Both the position numbers and the translations under genes were made by a program. DNA of 63,923 nucleotides, the filler included, from Reclinomonas americana ATCC 50394 (taxonomy: Eukaryota), in the NCBI GenBank assembly GCA_048213135.1. It is 16 parts of 16 records of this genome, joined end to end, with 100 filler letters (N's around TTAATTAATTAA, not from the genome) between each part and the next. Parts side by side here need not be neighbours in the genome. Positions count along the whole stretch, not along the records: positions 1 to 17,399 come from AFZH01020620.1; 15 more parts are not named here. The stretch is one strand, 5' to 3'. The number at the start of each line of letters is the position of its first letter. Position 1 is the stretch's first letter. This document shows, piece after piece, positions 1 to 12,989 of the stretch. The notes beneath the pieces were generated by a model. The model was not told the origin of the DNA. It did no database searches and saw only the letters and a program-made list of their open reading frames with translations.

Positions 1-3000
1 GACAGCGACAGTGCGGCGGCGGTGAATGCGGCGGCAGCTACTACTACAGCCACTACTACTGCTCTGCCTGGTGCGACTACCGCCGGTGATGCAGTTGTGG
101 CCTCACTCGGCCTCACCAATCGTCTGCCCAAGGTGACGCGCCTCATTTCGATATCTTCAATCAAACTCTGCTTTGTCTCTCACCCCGGTCTCGCCTTCCT
201 GCGGTGCAGATGTCGGGACCGACTACTACAGGCAGTGGGAGTACATCGGGTCAGCCACTGCCGCGGCCAGCCAGTGCACACAAGTTCTCGATGATGATGG
301 CCATGGGAGATGAGGCGACGTCGACCTTTGCTCCTCGCAGTGGCGGTGCCGGCGGCGGCAGTGGTGGCGGTGGTGGTGGCGGCGGCGGCGGAACACATAC
401 GGCGGTGACTGGGACAGTCAGTGCGCCGTACAGCGCGTGTCCCAGCAGTCGCGTGACAGCTTCGGTGGCCGACTCGGAGATTCTGACGCTGGGCGATCTG
501 GCAGGCGGAATCCATGTTGGTGGCGGTGGTGGTGGCAGCAGCAGGAGTAGCAACAGTAGCAGAAACGGCAGCAGCAGCAACAACAGCGGTAATCGCCTCC
601 GCGACAGCAAGGACAGTGTGGGCACCAGTGGCAAGACAGCGATGGCACACGACGAACTACGTACGCACCTCAAGTCGCTTCTCGACGCCTCGATGCCGCA
701 CTCGGTGCAGCAGCGCTCATCGAAAGTGCAGGCGCACGCAGTGCAGGGAGTGCCGCCAGATGTTGTCGACATCGCGCCAACACAACCATCGGAGGCGGAG
801 GCAGCTGAGCAAGCAGTTCGTGTGATGGACGCAGTACTGCAGGCCAGTGCGAGTGTGTTGCACGACTCCACCGGAGCCAGGACGAATCAACAGCACCAAC
901 AGCAAGCGCACTCGCAGCAATTGAACCTGTCGTTCGTCAACTCCAACCCCAAGTCGCTGGCACTCGGGCAAGTGGACAATCCGACGCCGTTCCCCTCACT
1001 GCGCAGCTCGCCACAGCGGCCCACCTCGTCGCAGGCATCAGCGGCGGCGGGCAATCCGTATGCCACGGAAATTCATCAGCTGCATCACGGTTTGCAACGG
1101 AAGGCGCGGCGGGAACGCAAGTCGACACGCAGCTGCAGCGCCTCGCCCAGCCGTATGACTCGCTCGCCGTCGCCAACTGTTCGCCCCGCCAGCAGCATGA
1201 CACTGGAGAACGTGGTCATGCAGATGCCTCTTGTGTCGTTTTCGCAGCCTCGGGAACTGGCCCAGAGTGTCGAATTCCCCGACATTGCTCACCTCTACGG
1301 CGGTGTACTGTCGACCGACGTGTCGTATCACGTGCCGGAGCAGACGGCGCAGCGAGCGGCCAACAAGCAACTGTCGGTGCAGGAGGCCAAGGTGCGGCGC
1401 GACAGCGACGAGTCAGTGTGTTGTCTCCGTTGGTGTGTTGCTCATTGAGTGTCGAGAAAACAGGTGGCACAGTTTGCTCGTGATGCGTTCGCCGAGTGTT
1501 TTTCCGACGAGGACAGCAAGTACGACGACTATGCCATGATCTTGCGGCAGTGGCTGCACGGATGCATTCCAGAGACAAAGATTCCCGAGTCGTATCACGT
1601 GTTTGCCGACTCGCCCATTCCGCTGGTGCCCTACGCCAAGGTCTGTTGTTTTATGCGCTCTGTCATTGATGTTGCAAGAGTCCTCATGCCGTGCACCGTG
1701 CGTGTCAGGTGGCGCACGACCGAGAGCAGAAGGTGTACAAGCACCTGGTCTTCCCGTCGTCGCGGCCGAGTTCACGGTGAGAAGGCTACTCCATGTTGGT
1801 ATTTGTCGCGAGTGTTGGCGCGCAAGCACTCACTTCCGTGTGAAACAGTGTCGAGGTCATTTTTCTCGCCAAGGCGTTGGAGAGCATGATACGACACAAA
1901 CTCACTGACGACTTTGCGCTGTCGGACCTCGATTCGTTGCGTCGAACGCCTTGCACGACGCAAGAAGCAGGCTGTGTGTTGCTGACGCCATGTGCCGCCA
2001 TAGTTTCGAGGAACATCGCAAGGCTGATCTCGAGTCGCTGACGGAGGAGTTTGGCATCTACGACGTCGTGCTGAGTGAACTCAGTCGCCAGGTACTGCAG
2101 CAGCTGCTCTATAGCAACGTATCTACATATAAGCGCGCGGTCCACTCACGACCTTGCATGACGCGTTTTAGGTGTTTGTGCACTGCGTCGAGCGTGGCAG
2201 CCTGTTGGAAAAAATGCGGTGCAGAATGGTGGAGCTGTGGCGGGCACTCGGCAAGGCATACACAGAGTTGCATGCTAGCATCGGGACGGTGAACGAGGAC
2301 ATGGAGAGGAAGGAGTTTGAGATTGAGAGAGCTCGCGCCGAACTGGCGGCGTGCGAGCAAGAAAAGGTGTGTGTATGCATGTCTCAACTCCTCCTCCCTT
2401 GCTTTGGGCAGCGCTGACAGACATTACGACAGGCCTGGCTCCGCGAGGAGCTTGCGACCAACATTAGCAAACAAGCGCAACTGAGCAAGGAACTGCAGCA
2501 GAAGAAGCAACAGATTCAGGAGCTACAGAACCGCTCTTCGATTGCGGGACGATCGGTGTGCACACAAGTGGGTGAGGAGGCCATGCACGTGTGGTTCCAG
2601 GAGGCCATCGAGTTGCGCGTCCACGATGAAGTCGAACGCGTCCTCAAGCCCCAGTTGGTGAGTACGGCGCTGAGTGACGTGGACGCGTTGCGGTTGCGCT
2701 CACTGCATGTGCACAGGAAATGGCAAATGCACTGGCCGAGGGTGGCATGCCGTCTGGTGGAATGATGGACGTGCATCAAGACCTGGGCAGTGACGACGAA
2801 GAGGAACCGTCCAGTGTGCAAAAACAGGCCGCCAAGCCCCAGTCCAAGTCGCTCGCCGACACGATTGTGGAGCGTCGGCGTCGACTGGCTGCCAGTTGCG
2901 TCTGCTGCTCTGTGCATTGTCGGGGTTCGGTGGGCTTGCACTGATCTGTTACCACAGATTTGTTCGAGTGCGGCGTGATCACAGAGTCCAAGAAGGAGGA

Positions 3001-5421
3001 GGCTGAGGAGGAAGAGGACATTTTCGCCGATGAGGAAGAAGATGGCGATTTCCTGTTCGACACTGATGATGACGACGACGATGGGAACGGTCGCGGTGGT
3101 CGATCGCTCAAATCCATGTTTGAGAAGATTGCTCGACTGGAGCAACTGATCCGACATGCCGGATCGTCGTCGTCGGCATCGTCGTCGTCGTCGGCGGCAT
3201 CGTCGTCGTCGTCGGCCGCCTCGTCGGCAAACAACACGGCTCGCGGATTCGGAGGTTTTGGTGAGCGGGGTCCCCGGGGGGGGGGGGGGGGGAGGGGACG
3301 GATTGTTGTTCTCTTGTTGTGCGGTGACTTACTGCCTATTTGGAACAGGTACATCGACAACTGCTGCCTTGGCTGCTGGGGATGTAACAGCTGCCGAGAA
3401 GCTTGCTGCCGAGCTTGTCTCCGGCAACCTCGGCTACAAATACAATTCCAACACCAATGTCAGCGTGTGCTTGCTGCTGGACCAGATGACCGAGGCTCTC
3501 AACAAGAAGGTGGCGAACTTGGCGAGCGCCGGTGGTGCTTCAAGTGCCGCTGGAGACTCGGCACCAGCAGCCGCAGCACTTGGTCAGTTGTATGTGTTTG
3601 AATCGCTTCGCGGGTATCTACTTTAGCGGCAACTGACACCGCGACTATGTGCGTAGACTCTCATCAAGCCTCGGCGCAAGTGGGTCACTTGACGAGAAAT
3701 CATACGAGTGTCAACATGGGCGTGCACTCTGTGGAGGAGCTGCGACGCGCTGCTGCTGGAGTGCGTCCCGCCACAATATCGGATCATCAACGCGGCCAGT
3801 TGCTGCGCGCGGGATCTAACAGCCACACGGCGGAGGATAGTGATGCCAGCACAAGGAAGATGGTACTTGAATTGGCTCCGCATCACCGTTTCGACCTGTT
3901 CCGTCAACTCGGGTGCGTCACCCCCTCTCCCCTCAGCATTGGTTGTGTTCGTTTCGCAACTCGCTGCTGAAATGGACCTGTTTGTCGCACAGATTTACGC
4001 AAGACAACGGCACGCAAACTGATGCCAGTGAGACCGGTGGTGAGCTGTCGTTGCCTATGGCTTCACAGTTGCCATCGAAACTGCGCCGGCTGAAACTCGG
4101 CGGGATTGGGCACAATTCAAGTTCGGGTTCACTGGCCACACCGGGACGCGGCACAAACACGCCACGTGGTATCACTGGTGCAGCAAACGCACGCAGAGTT
4201 ACGTACTGTCGTCGTTCCATTATATTCAGTTCTGCGTGTTGTTGAGTCTCACACCACACCGACGTGCAGGGAAGTGTGGCGCTGAGCCGGCTCGGTGCGG
4301 GGGCTGGCAGTCTCAATGTCGACGACTTCCTCAAGATGCCGGTTCCACGCATGGTACGCGCACTGGCTGACATGCCTCCGAAGACACCAAAATGGGCGCT
4401 TCGTCTGGTGCGAGATGTGTACAAGGGACGTGCGGCACTGGTGCAGCAGAATCGAGAGGAGGAGTCGACGCCGTTGGTGGCCTACATTTTCCAGTTCTTC
4501 AAGGAACAGTTCGGCACTGGTGACTTGGTCACGCAGTACACTGGCGCCCTGGTGTCGACGGCCATCAAGAACTCGAAGACCGACAAGAGATTCCTCGTGT
4601 TCACTCGCTTCATTCGGTGTGTTGTTATTGTTGTTGCTGCTGTTGCCACTAGGTGCTGGGTAAGCTAACCGAGATGACAACTTCGTGTAGCGAGGAGTGG
4701 AATCGCGTCGTTCTCAAGTTCTACTTGGCGTTCTTGGCCACGGTGCAACGAGGCGTCGTGACACAAGGACTGGAGGTTTGTCGTCGCACTGTGTGGTGCG
4801 AGTGCTCTCTCTCTCGCCCGGTTCGTGACAACTGTGCACATGCAGGTCTTGCCGACCAGTAGTGCTGCTGATGCCTTTGTCAGTCCGACGTGGTCTGTCA
4901 GCCGGTGTCTGGCCATGCTCAAGGCATCATACCAGTTTCGTTCGTTCGTTCCTCCCATGTGGTGACTGTCGTTGCGCTGATTGCTTGTCTCCGCAGTGGG
5001 TGGGATGCCATCGATCTTGACTGGTTCCATCAAACGGTACGTGTGATGGATATCGACTCGACAACACGCTCTTCGCTCTCAATGATATGCTAATCTGCCC
5101 CACATGCTGTTTTTTCTGATCTGCAGCTCATGGATCGATCGTCGCCCATCTCAAAAATGGACTACCTGGTCGCCGCTCAGCGCTCATCTTTGCGCGGATG
5201 TAAATACGAGTGCGTTCGATGTGGCTGTGCTTTGCGTGCGCCTGGGTTCCGCCACTCACCAGTAGTAACTGCGTTGGTGTTGCAGTTCCGTGGATCGTGA
5301 GGACGTAATGGGATTGCCACAAATGGACTTTGAGTACTTGTACCTTGAGCGCCTTGCCGAGAAGGCCGCAATGACCGCAATGCCGGATGATGACGGTGCA
5401 GCAGGCTCCGCGGCTCCGTGA
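1..5421 (+). CDS. Axonemal dynein light chain domain-containing protein (AXDND1-like), multi-exon, 5' partial
   Basis: Spliced exons give HLVFPSSRPSSRVEVIFLAKALESM...YDVVLSELSRQVFVHCVERGSLL, matching the p28/AXDND1 motifs FPS..P..RVEV and ELxRQVxxxCxERGxLL. A coiled coil follows, then a C-terminal helical domain (KWALRLVRDVY...FFKEQFG). Inferred stop TGA 5419-5421. Confidence 0.65.
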
Positions 5422-5530
5422 AAGCACATCACGTGAGCAGGAATAATACAACGTCCGCATGACTGTTTGCTTGTTTACATGCTGTGCGAACGCGCCACGA
5501 AACACAATCGCACTGCTCATTTACTCATCA

Positions 5531-8500
5531 TTATTCCTCGCCATCCGCTCGTCGTACAGCCTGCTAACAGATCGACGAATTAGACACACGTCGCGCAACC
5601 TGCAATGCAGCACGCGGCACTCACCATGCTACCCTGGCTTCTCGACGCATGCATTGCACTCGCACCCACCGCTCCACCGGCACCCACCGTGCCACTAGCA
5701 CCAGCACCGCCACCAGTGCCAGCGTTTCCACGACCACGACCCGCCGTCGGAGGCATGGTGGAATTGAGCCGGCTGGCGGGGTCTTCGGCCGGCGGCGACG
5801 ACGCAGCCGTCAGCGATGCCATCTCAGCCCACGACCGGGAACGCACTGCGAAAAAGAAATCAGTTGTGAGCCGAGAATCGCCAATGCCGCAGACACGCCA
5901 GACAGCCGACGAACCCCACGCATTGGTGTTGGTTTGACGCGCTCGCACCATGGACTTGCTGAGATCCATCTGACTGCCGTTCTCCGACGACGACGAAGGT
6001 GTGCTCTGGAACGACGATTGCGACTGATGATGTGACCGAGTGTTGATATCGGCAGGTGGTGGCCGCCTCTGCTGTGGCTCTATTCGAAACGCACAAAAGT
6101 GTCAGCGTACTCGTGTCTCTTTGTTACACGCGTCGGTGACACTACATTGTCGCAACTTGGCGGCAGGGACACCGGAGCCATTCGTTCTGACAAGCCTGTG
6201 CGATATGGCGGTTTCTCTCCTGCGTATCAAAGTCAGACCTGACGCTGCGCGCGCACATACACACACATAGACGCTGCACGCACCGCCACTGCGCTTCTCA
6301 GATTCGTCGTCCTCGGCACCTTCGATGTCATCGTCGTCACCTTCGTCGCCGCTGTCGTTGCCGCCGCTTTCGTATTCGGCATCGCCACCATCGTCAACAT
6401 CATACTCGTCACCATCGACCTCATCCTGGAACCGCTGCATAGCATCCGTGTCGTCCTCCCCGGTGGACTCGCTCTCCACCGCTTCTTCGTCAAGTGTCGA
6501 CGAAGAGACGATCGAGCTTGCCACCGTGGAAGAGGCCGAGACACCCTGGGGCACCGTTGCCACTGCGCCAGGTGTGATTGAGTTGCCGCTCTGTAGCGAG
6601 GTCAGCCGTGTGCCGCGAGATGCCGAGGCGTATGACAGGCCACGAACAGGTTGCGCCGCTGCGTAGTCTCACGCCCGTGAGACAAAAAATGACAGCACCA
6701 ATTGCGATTACAAAGGAGCACTCGCCACACCCACCAGCGCCACCCTCTCCGTGGTCCTGCAGGAACGGGTGATCCATCAGCTGCTCGCACGTCCATCGTT
6801 TCTCCGGATCGCTGTGATGCACACATAGACACAAGCATACGAATCGAATGAACACATGAACCAAGAGCGCCATGCAACACTATTTCAGCTGGCGCACCGT
6901 TCGAGACAACGCAGGACAAAGTCGCGAGCGTCGCCTTGCAGCGAGGGCGGGATTTGGGGGATTTCGCGAAGCTCGGCCGTACCGAGACGATACAGGATTT
7001 TGAGAGGATGGCTGAGCTGCAGCTCCGACCACGGCACATCGCCCGACGCCATCTCAATGATGGTGCACCCGAGGCTCCAAATGTCAACAGATCTATGACG
7101 ACAATGACACGCGGGTCAGTGCGTGGATCGCATGACATGCGCGCACTGTGGACTGCGAGTAACTTTCTGTATCCCTCGCCAGTCACCACCTCTGGTGCCA
7201 TGTAATGCGGCGTCCCGACTAGGCTGTTGACGACACTCGAGTCTGCAGCGAGCACGCACGTGTGAGCAAAAGAAACCCGCAGTCGCCAGCAACGTACTTC
7301 ACACTCACCATCCTAGTACGTAGTGCACGGGGAAGGAAAAACAACAAATAACACATTGTCGTGAGAAAAAGAGTCGCATGCCAACATTCACAAACGGATC
7401 GGCATGAACACAAACCAGTCGCTTGCTGCAACCAAAGTCGCCGAGTTTTATCGAGCCGTCGGTGTTGACCAGAATATTGCCACCCTTCAAATCTAACGAT
7501 TCTCATCCCGTCAAAACAACTCTTGTGGCACACAAACAATCAAGTGCACATTGCACGAACCGCGATGGATGTATCCCGAATCGTGCAGGTACTTAAGGCC
7601 ACTGAGAATGTCCCGCGTGTACTTGCGAATGAGAGTGACCGACAGCTGACCAAACTTGGACACGTGCGTCGACAGAGAGCCACCTGTGATCGATATGGGT
7701 GGCACGTGAGCTGAGAGTTGAGAAAAAAGACAAGAGCGCGCACGCTGCATCTCCAGACCTGGGCAGTACTCCATAAAGATATACAACTTCTTGTCGTCGA
7801 CTTCGGTGCCGAGGTAGCGCACAATGTTGGGGTGGTTCAGTTGCTTCATCAGCGCAATTTCCCTCTCAAACGCTTCCAACTGTGCACCGCAAACCGCGGT
7901 TGAGTACCTTGTGTCACACCGACAACCGAGCACTGAATGCACACAAACCTCTTTCTGCTTCTGATCAGCGGAGCCCTTGATGCGCTCCAACTCCAGCTCT
8001 TTCGCGGCAAACTGTGCACCCGTATCCAAATCCAACGCCAGATGCACCACACCACCACCTACATGCGTGTGAGGATACTTGCACCACCATTAACAACATG
8101 GGAGACACGGACTGCGCACTTCCTTTGCCAAGCAAGGACCCCTTGGTCCACCGATGTGGAGTGCCATCACTCCGCCGCAAGCTGCTCGGCAGGTACGACT
8201 GCACGGCAACACCCGACTGCTCGTCACTGACTCTGGCACTGCTGCTACCGCTCCCACTGTAATTGCGACCGTTGCCACCAACGGTTGAAGACGAGGCGAA
8301 TCCACCGGTGGCTGTGGTAGGCCGATTCGGTTGCTACAACACACGCGATTAACACAATGTTGAAATTGCATAACTTTGGCACTGGCTGCGCAACTCGCTG
8401 CTCGATAACCAAATGCATGCTTCGCTCGCCCGACTTTTGAAAATCTTCCACGCACAGCCGCCACTCGTGCTGCACGCACGGAAGAGAAGGGTAAGTCACA

Positions 8501-10881
8501 TGCACACACAGACTCACGCACACGACAGCAAGAGGCGCAGTCGAACCTCGGTCACAATGTGAATGCGCGAAGGGCCATCGAAGTACGACAGGTCAGGCAC
8601 ATCGCGAAGTTGGCATAGATCTTGCACGCGTCGTAGAATGTTGTTGAAAGAAATGTCAGCTGCCACATTATCACGCCGTGCTCGGCCGTGAAATTCAAAG
8701 CGGATCGGCAGCTGCGCAACACGTCAGACACGCGCAAACACAGCAAAGTTGCGTTCGCATGAATCGACTAACCGTCTGCGCTGGAGGAGAGGGAGGCGGT
8801 GCGGAACCAGAGCCTTCTCCAGCCTCCCGCACTTGTGTGCGAACGTCGCCCGGCTGGTTGGTCAGGATGGTGAACTCGGTCGAAGCTGAGTTCTCGTTCT
8901 GGCCGCCAAAGACGAACAGTGCGTTGCCGAGTTGCACACCACCAACATGCGTGCGCGCACGCGGGCACTTGCCTGCCACATTGAGCTTGCGCCACGATCC
9001 CTTGTCTACGAGGTGCAAAATGAGACGCCGCACACGCGTATATGCACGCAAAGAACAGCACCTATTTGAAACGAATAAACAGTTGGCTCGCCAAAGCCGA
9101 AAATCACCACCTCCTTGGTATTCGAAAAGTACGCCACCAACATGCCTGTCATGGACGGCGGTTTTTCACCCAACACATTGGCCGGCGTCCATTGCAAGTG
9201 GGCTGTTGTGCGCACACAATTTTATGAGTCACAGCAAGTGACACCAACAGCAGAGGTGCGTCGCATACCGAGATCCATGACATACAGGTTGGCGCTGTGA
9301 CCGTGGCGCGTCAAGCCGCCAAACACGAAAATGTAGTGATCGTCAATCAGCACAGCTCCATGTCCACAGCGCGCTGTAGGCTTTGGACTGCCCATGTTGA
9401 GAGCGGACCACACAAAGGTGTCTGTGCGAGGAGAGAAACTAAGCAAAGCAGAAAGAGAACGCAACCACCTCGCATGCACATCGTCCGCAACTGAGATCGA
9501 GGGCGTAGACATCGTCCAGGTAGAACCATTCACCACTTTCGGGGTTCTTCGAAAGCCCGCCAAACACAATCAGCTTGTTGGTTCCCATCAGCGTGCAGCT
9601 GTGTGACACACGTTCGCAGGGCACGTCGCCGGTGCACACCAACTTGTTGAACACGTCGTTTTCTGGCCGCACAAGTGCTCTCGTCAGCAGGCCACACGCA
9701 CACACAAACACACAAACCACAGCACTGACCGCTATCGTAGGCCAACACATGCGAGCCGTCCAGCAGCGTACCGTCTTGCGTTTGTCCAAACAGAATGTAC
9801 AGTTTCTTGTCGCCAACGACGGTGCACGAGTGGCCAATGCGTGGCTCCCACGTCGGACTCTCGATCGGTACCGTGCGCCATCTTCTTGCATCTGCACCCC
9901 ACATCATCAATCAGCATCACAATCATCCATCATCGTCGGTGGTGAGTGAGCAGTACCAAAGTCGTAGCACAGGAAATCGCGACCGTACTCGACACCCTGT
10001 CGTCCACCAATGACCCACATGCAGTTCTTGACGCGCACACACGTGTGCAGGAAGCGGCCAAACGAGGCCGAGTTCGTGGCCTGCTCCCGCTCCCATCGCC
10101 ACTGGTGCGCTGCGCGCGTGCACGCACCACCACTCAGCAATGTGGCAAGCAAACAAACTCACACACAACTCAAAAACACACAAGGCACACCAGTGGACAC
10201 CAGTGACGCCGGCGCAGCTGCATCCGCCGCAGCCGATTGCTGCTGACCACTGCCTCGTCGCTTACCACTCCTGTAATGCCCCTCCTCATTCAGTCGCACA
10301 GATTCGAAGAATGCATCTTTCTCTTCGGGCAATGCACAGACACACAGACGTGTGTGTGCGGGTGTGTGCGCGTGGCGAGGACATGCACGCAACTTGCGTG
10401 AACTCGAAGGCTGCTGCTGCTGCTGCTGCTGCTGCTCCGGCTTTGCGGAGGATGCTGATGACGATGAACCTTCACTGTTCCGTCTCTGCGTGTATTGCGT
10501 ACAGAGCAACAGTGAGCACGCATACACACACACGCGCATACACACACAGAGAGCGAGAGAGAGCGTGAGCGAGAGAGCGAGAGAGGGTGTTGGTGATGTC
10601 ACCAGGACATGTCTCAGCTCAGCGCGTGACAGTGACTCCCACTCACTCACCGGTCGTGTCTGCCCCGGCGACGGAGCAGCCGCACCACCCGCACCACCTG
10701 CACCAGCTGCTCCATTGCGCTTCCCACCTCCACCACCAGAGGCATTCTTCTCCCCTCCCTTGTGCTTTTTTGGTCTTGCACTGCCGCCACCGGCACCACC
10801 ACCACCACCACCACCAGAAGAGGAAGAGGCAGGCGACGCGCCAACCCGCTTCTTGGGTTTCACAGTGACAAAATCACTCAT
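5531..10881 (-). CDS. MAP3K (MEKK/STE11 family) with N-terminal Kelch beta-propeller and PB1-like domain, multi-exon
   Basis: Continuous in-frame GT-AG splicing from ATG 10881: about six Kelch repeats (RFLHTC..WVIGG, RIGHSC, RVSHSC..VFGG, RCGHGA..VFGG, RTHVGG..VFGG), PB1-like IRFEFHGRARR..ISFNNILRRV, then kinase WTKGSLLGKGSGGVV, FAAKE, HPNIVRYLG, HRDLKGGN, DFG, GTPHYMAPE, DIWSLGC, and an acidic tail. The 3' end is approximate. Confidence 0.85.
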
Positions 10882-10939
10882 CAAAGTGGGGAATGAAAGC
10901 AAGCTATAAGGACTAAAATTTCAGAGGTACATCATCGCA

Positions 10940-12934
10940 ATGCGGCTTGCGTGGAAGCACCTGCTGCTCCAGCGCGACTATGGAGGTTCGTTGTGCATCA
11001 CTGTCTTTCTCTGTGTCATGCTCATTTTTTGTGTGCCAGTGGGCATGAGTTTGACGCGAAGACTCGCACAAATGGGACCGTGCTTTGCAATGGCCGGCGA
11101 TCGAATCACTGTGGAGCAGGAGCCGGCGGGCTTCCTGCGCAGACTTGAGGTGTGCGCTCCCTTCTCCTCTCTGTCTCTCTGTCGCTTTCTCGTGCCCACC
11201 CCCCATGTGCAGGCGGGCATTCAACGCGCACAGCATCGCATTGTGCTGGCATCGTTGTACTTGGGGCATGGACCCGATGAGAAGCGCATGGTTGGGATGC
11301 TGCGCGAGGCCTGTCAGCGGCATCCGCAGCTGCAGGTGACCATGCTGTTTGATTACAATCGAGCTTTGCGCGATCACGGTGTGTGCCCTTCTCATCGATG
11401 GTGCAGTGTGGGTGTTGTTGTTGTCTTGGCTCACCGCACTCTCTGCACACAGACAGTCATCAGTCGACGGTGTCACTTGTGTCGCCGCTGGTCAGCGAAT
11501 TTGGCGATCGCGTGTCACTGCACTTGTTCCACACGCCGCTGTTGCGGGGGCCGACCAAGAGACTGCTGGGTCCGCGCTACAACGAATCCATTGGCGTGCA
11601 GCACCTAAAGGTGTACGTGTTTGACGACGACTTGCTCCTCAGTGGGTGAGTTGGCGAGCCCAACATGACGAAGAAGGCGACACCGATGACTGACACACTC
11701 CGCAGGGCAAATCTCTCCGACTGGTACTTTCACACACGACAAGATCGATACTATGAACTGCGCGGTGTATCACAACTGTGCACGTGGTACCAGAACCTGG
11801 TGCACACCGTGAACCGATTCTCGCATCGCATGCACACAAACTCTGACATTCGGCCTCCCGCCGACGATTCAGTGGTGAGTGCGTCAGCGCCTCGGGAGTT
11901 TCGTACATATTCATGAGTTCGTGCACGAACAGACGGCTGGCGACGCGCTGAACCGACTCTTGTCGCCGTCTTTCCGTTGCGTCGCTCAGCGCCATTGTGC
12001 GTGGCGGTGATGGTGCTGGTGGTGGTGCGGCTGTTGACCGCGATTGCAGACTGCGAGGAGCCGGACACCGACACGGAGCGCATCGACACGTTGCTCTTCC
12101 CCACCATCCAAATGCGCCCGTGGGGCGTGCGACACGACGAGTCTGTCACGCTGGCCGTGCTGGACCGCGCCGTGTCACCACCGACACATGCCGACGAGCA
12201 ACCGGTGCAGCGTCTGTGGATGAGTTCTGCGTTGCGTCCACGTCATGCTGTGTGTTGCACGTGCAAGGATACGACTCGCCAACGATGCGTGTCTGTGTGT
12301 GTGTATGTGTGTGTGTGCATCACCACAGCTACTTCAACATCACCAAGGAGTACGAAATGGTGATTCTGGGCGAAAAGGCTCGGTCGTCGCCGTGCGAGGT
12401 TGACATTATCACGGCTGCACCGAGAGTTGCGTCTCTTGTGTCGAGATGTTGACGTACGTGTGTTTATGCGCCTCACGCCGTGGGTGACAGGCAAATGGCT
12501 TCTTCAACGGCAAAGGCATCTCGCGGTATCTGCCACACTGCTACAGCGAGATCGAGAGACGATTCTTCTTGCGAGCTTCGCGGTTCACACGACCAGTGGT
12601 GCGTCTGTGGGAGTATCAGCGGGCACGCGAGACCTCGACACCGTCAGGCGCGCCCGAGTACACCTTCCATGCCAAGGGCTTGTGGTTCCCCGACAGTGGA
12701 CTGACGCTCATCGGCTCACCAAATTTCGGTGTCCGTTCCGTGGACCGCGACTTGGAGTCGCAGGTGGCTATCGTCACTCGCTCGCCGCGATTGCGTCGTG
12801 CCATGATTGACGAATTCAACAACATGGCCGCGCATGCAAAGCGAGTCACTGAATCCACCTTTACGAACGCACCGGAACGTGCCATGCCCCTGTGGGTGTG
12901 GATCGCCAGCTACGTTCTAGTACCCTACCTATAG
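10940..12934 (+). CDS. PGS1: CDP-diacylglycerol--glycerol-3-phosphate 3-phosphatidyltransferase (PLD family), multi-exon
   Basis: Spliced product contains RIVLASLYLG, FDYNRALR, GVQHLKVYVFDDDLLLSGANLSDWYFHTRQDRY, SAYFN, ANGFFNGKG and TFHAKGLW...LIGSPNFGVRSVDRDLE. Confidence 0.92.
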
Positions 12935-12989
12935 GCCTATAGATTTAGTAAAGTACTTCCATTTTTACATCATACTGCTACTACAGCAG

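Noticed and set aside
3657..3912. Protein-like frame with an internal TGA at 3690 (possible stop-codon recoding)
   Set aside because: Another frame is fully open and phase-consistent with both flanking introns, and TGA, TAG and TAA all end other genes normally.
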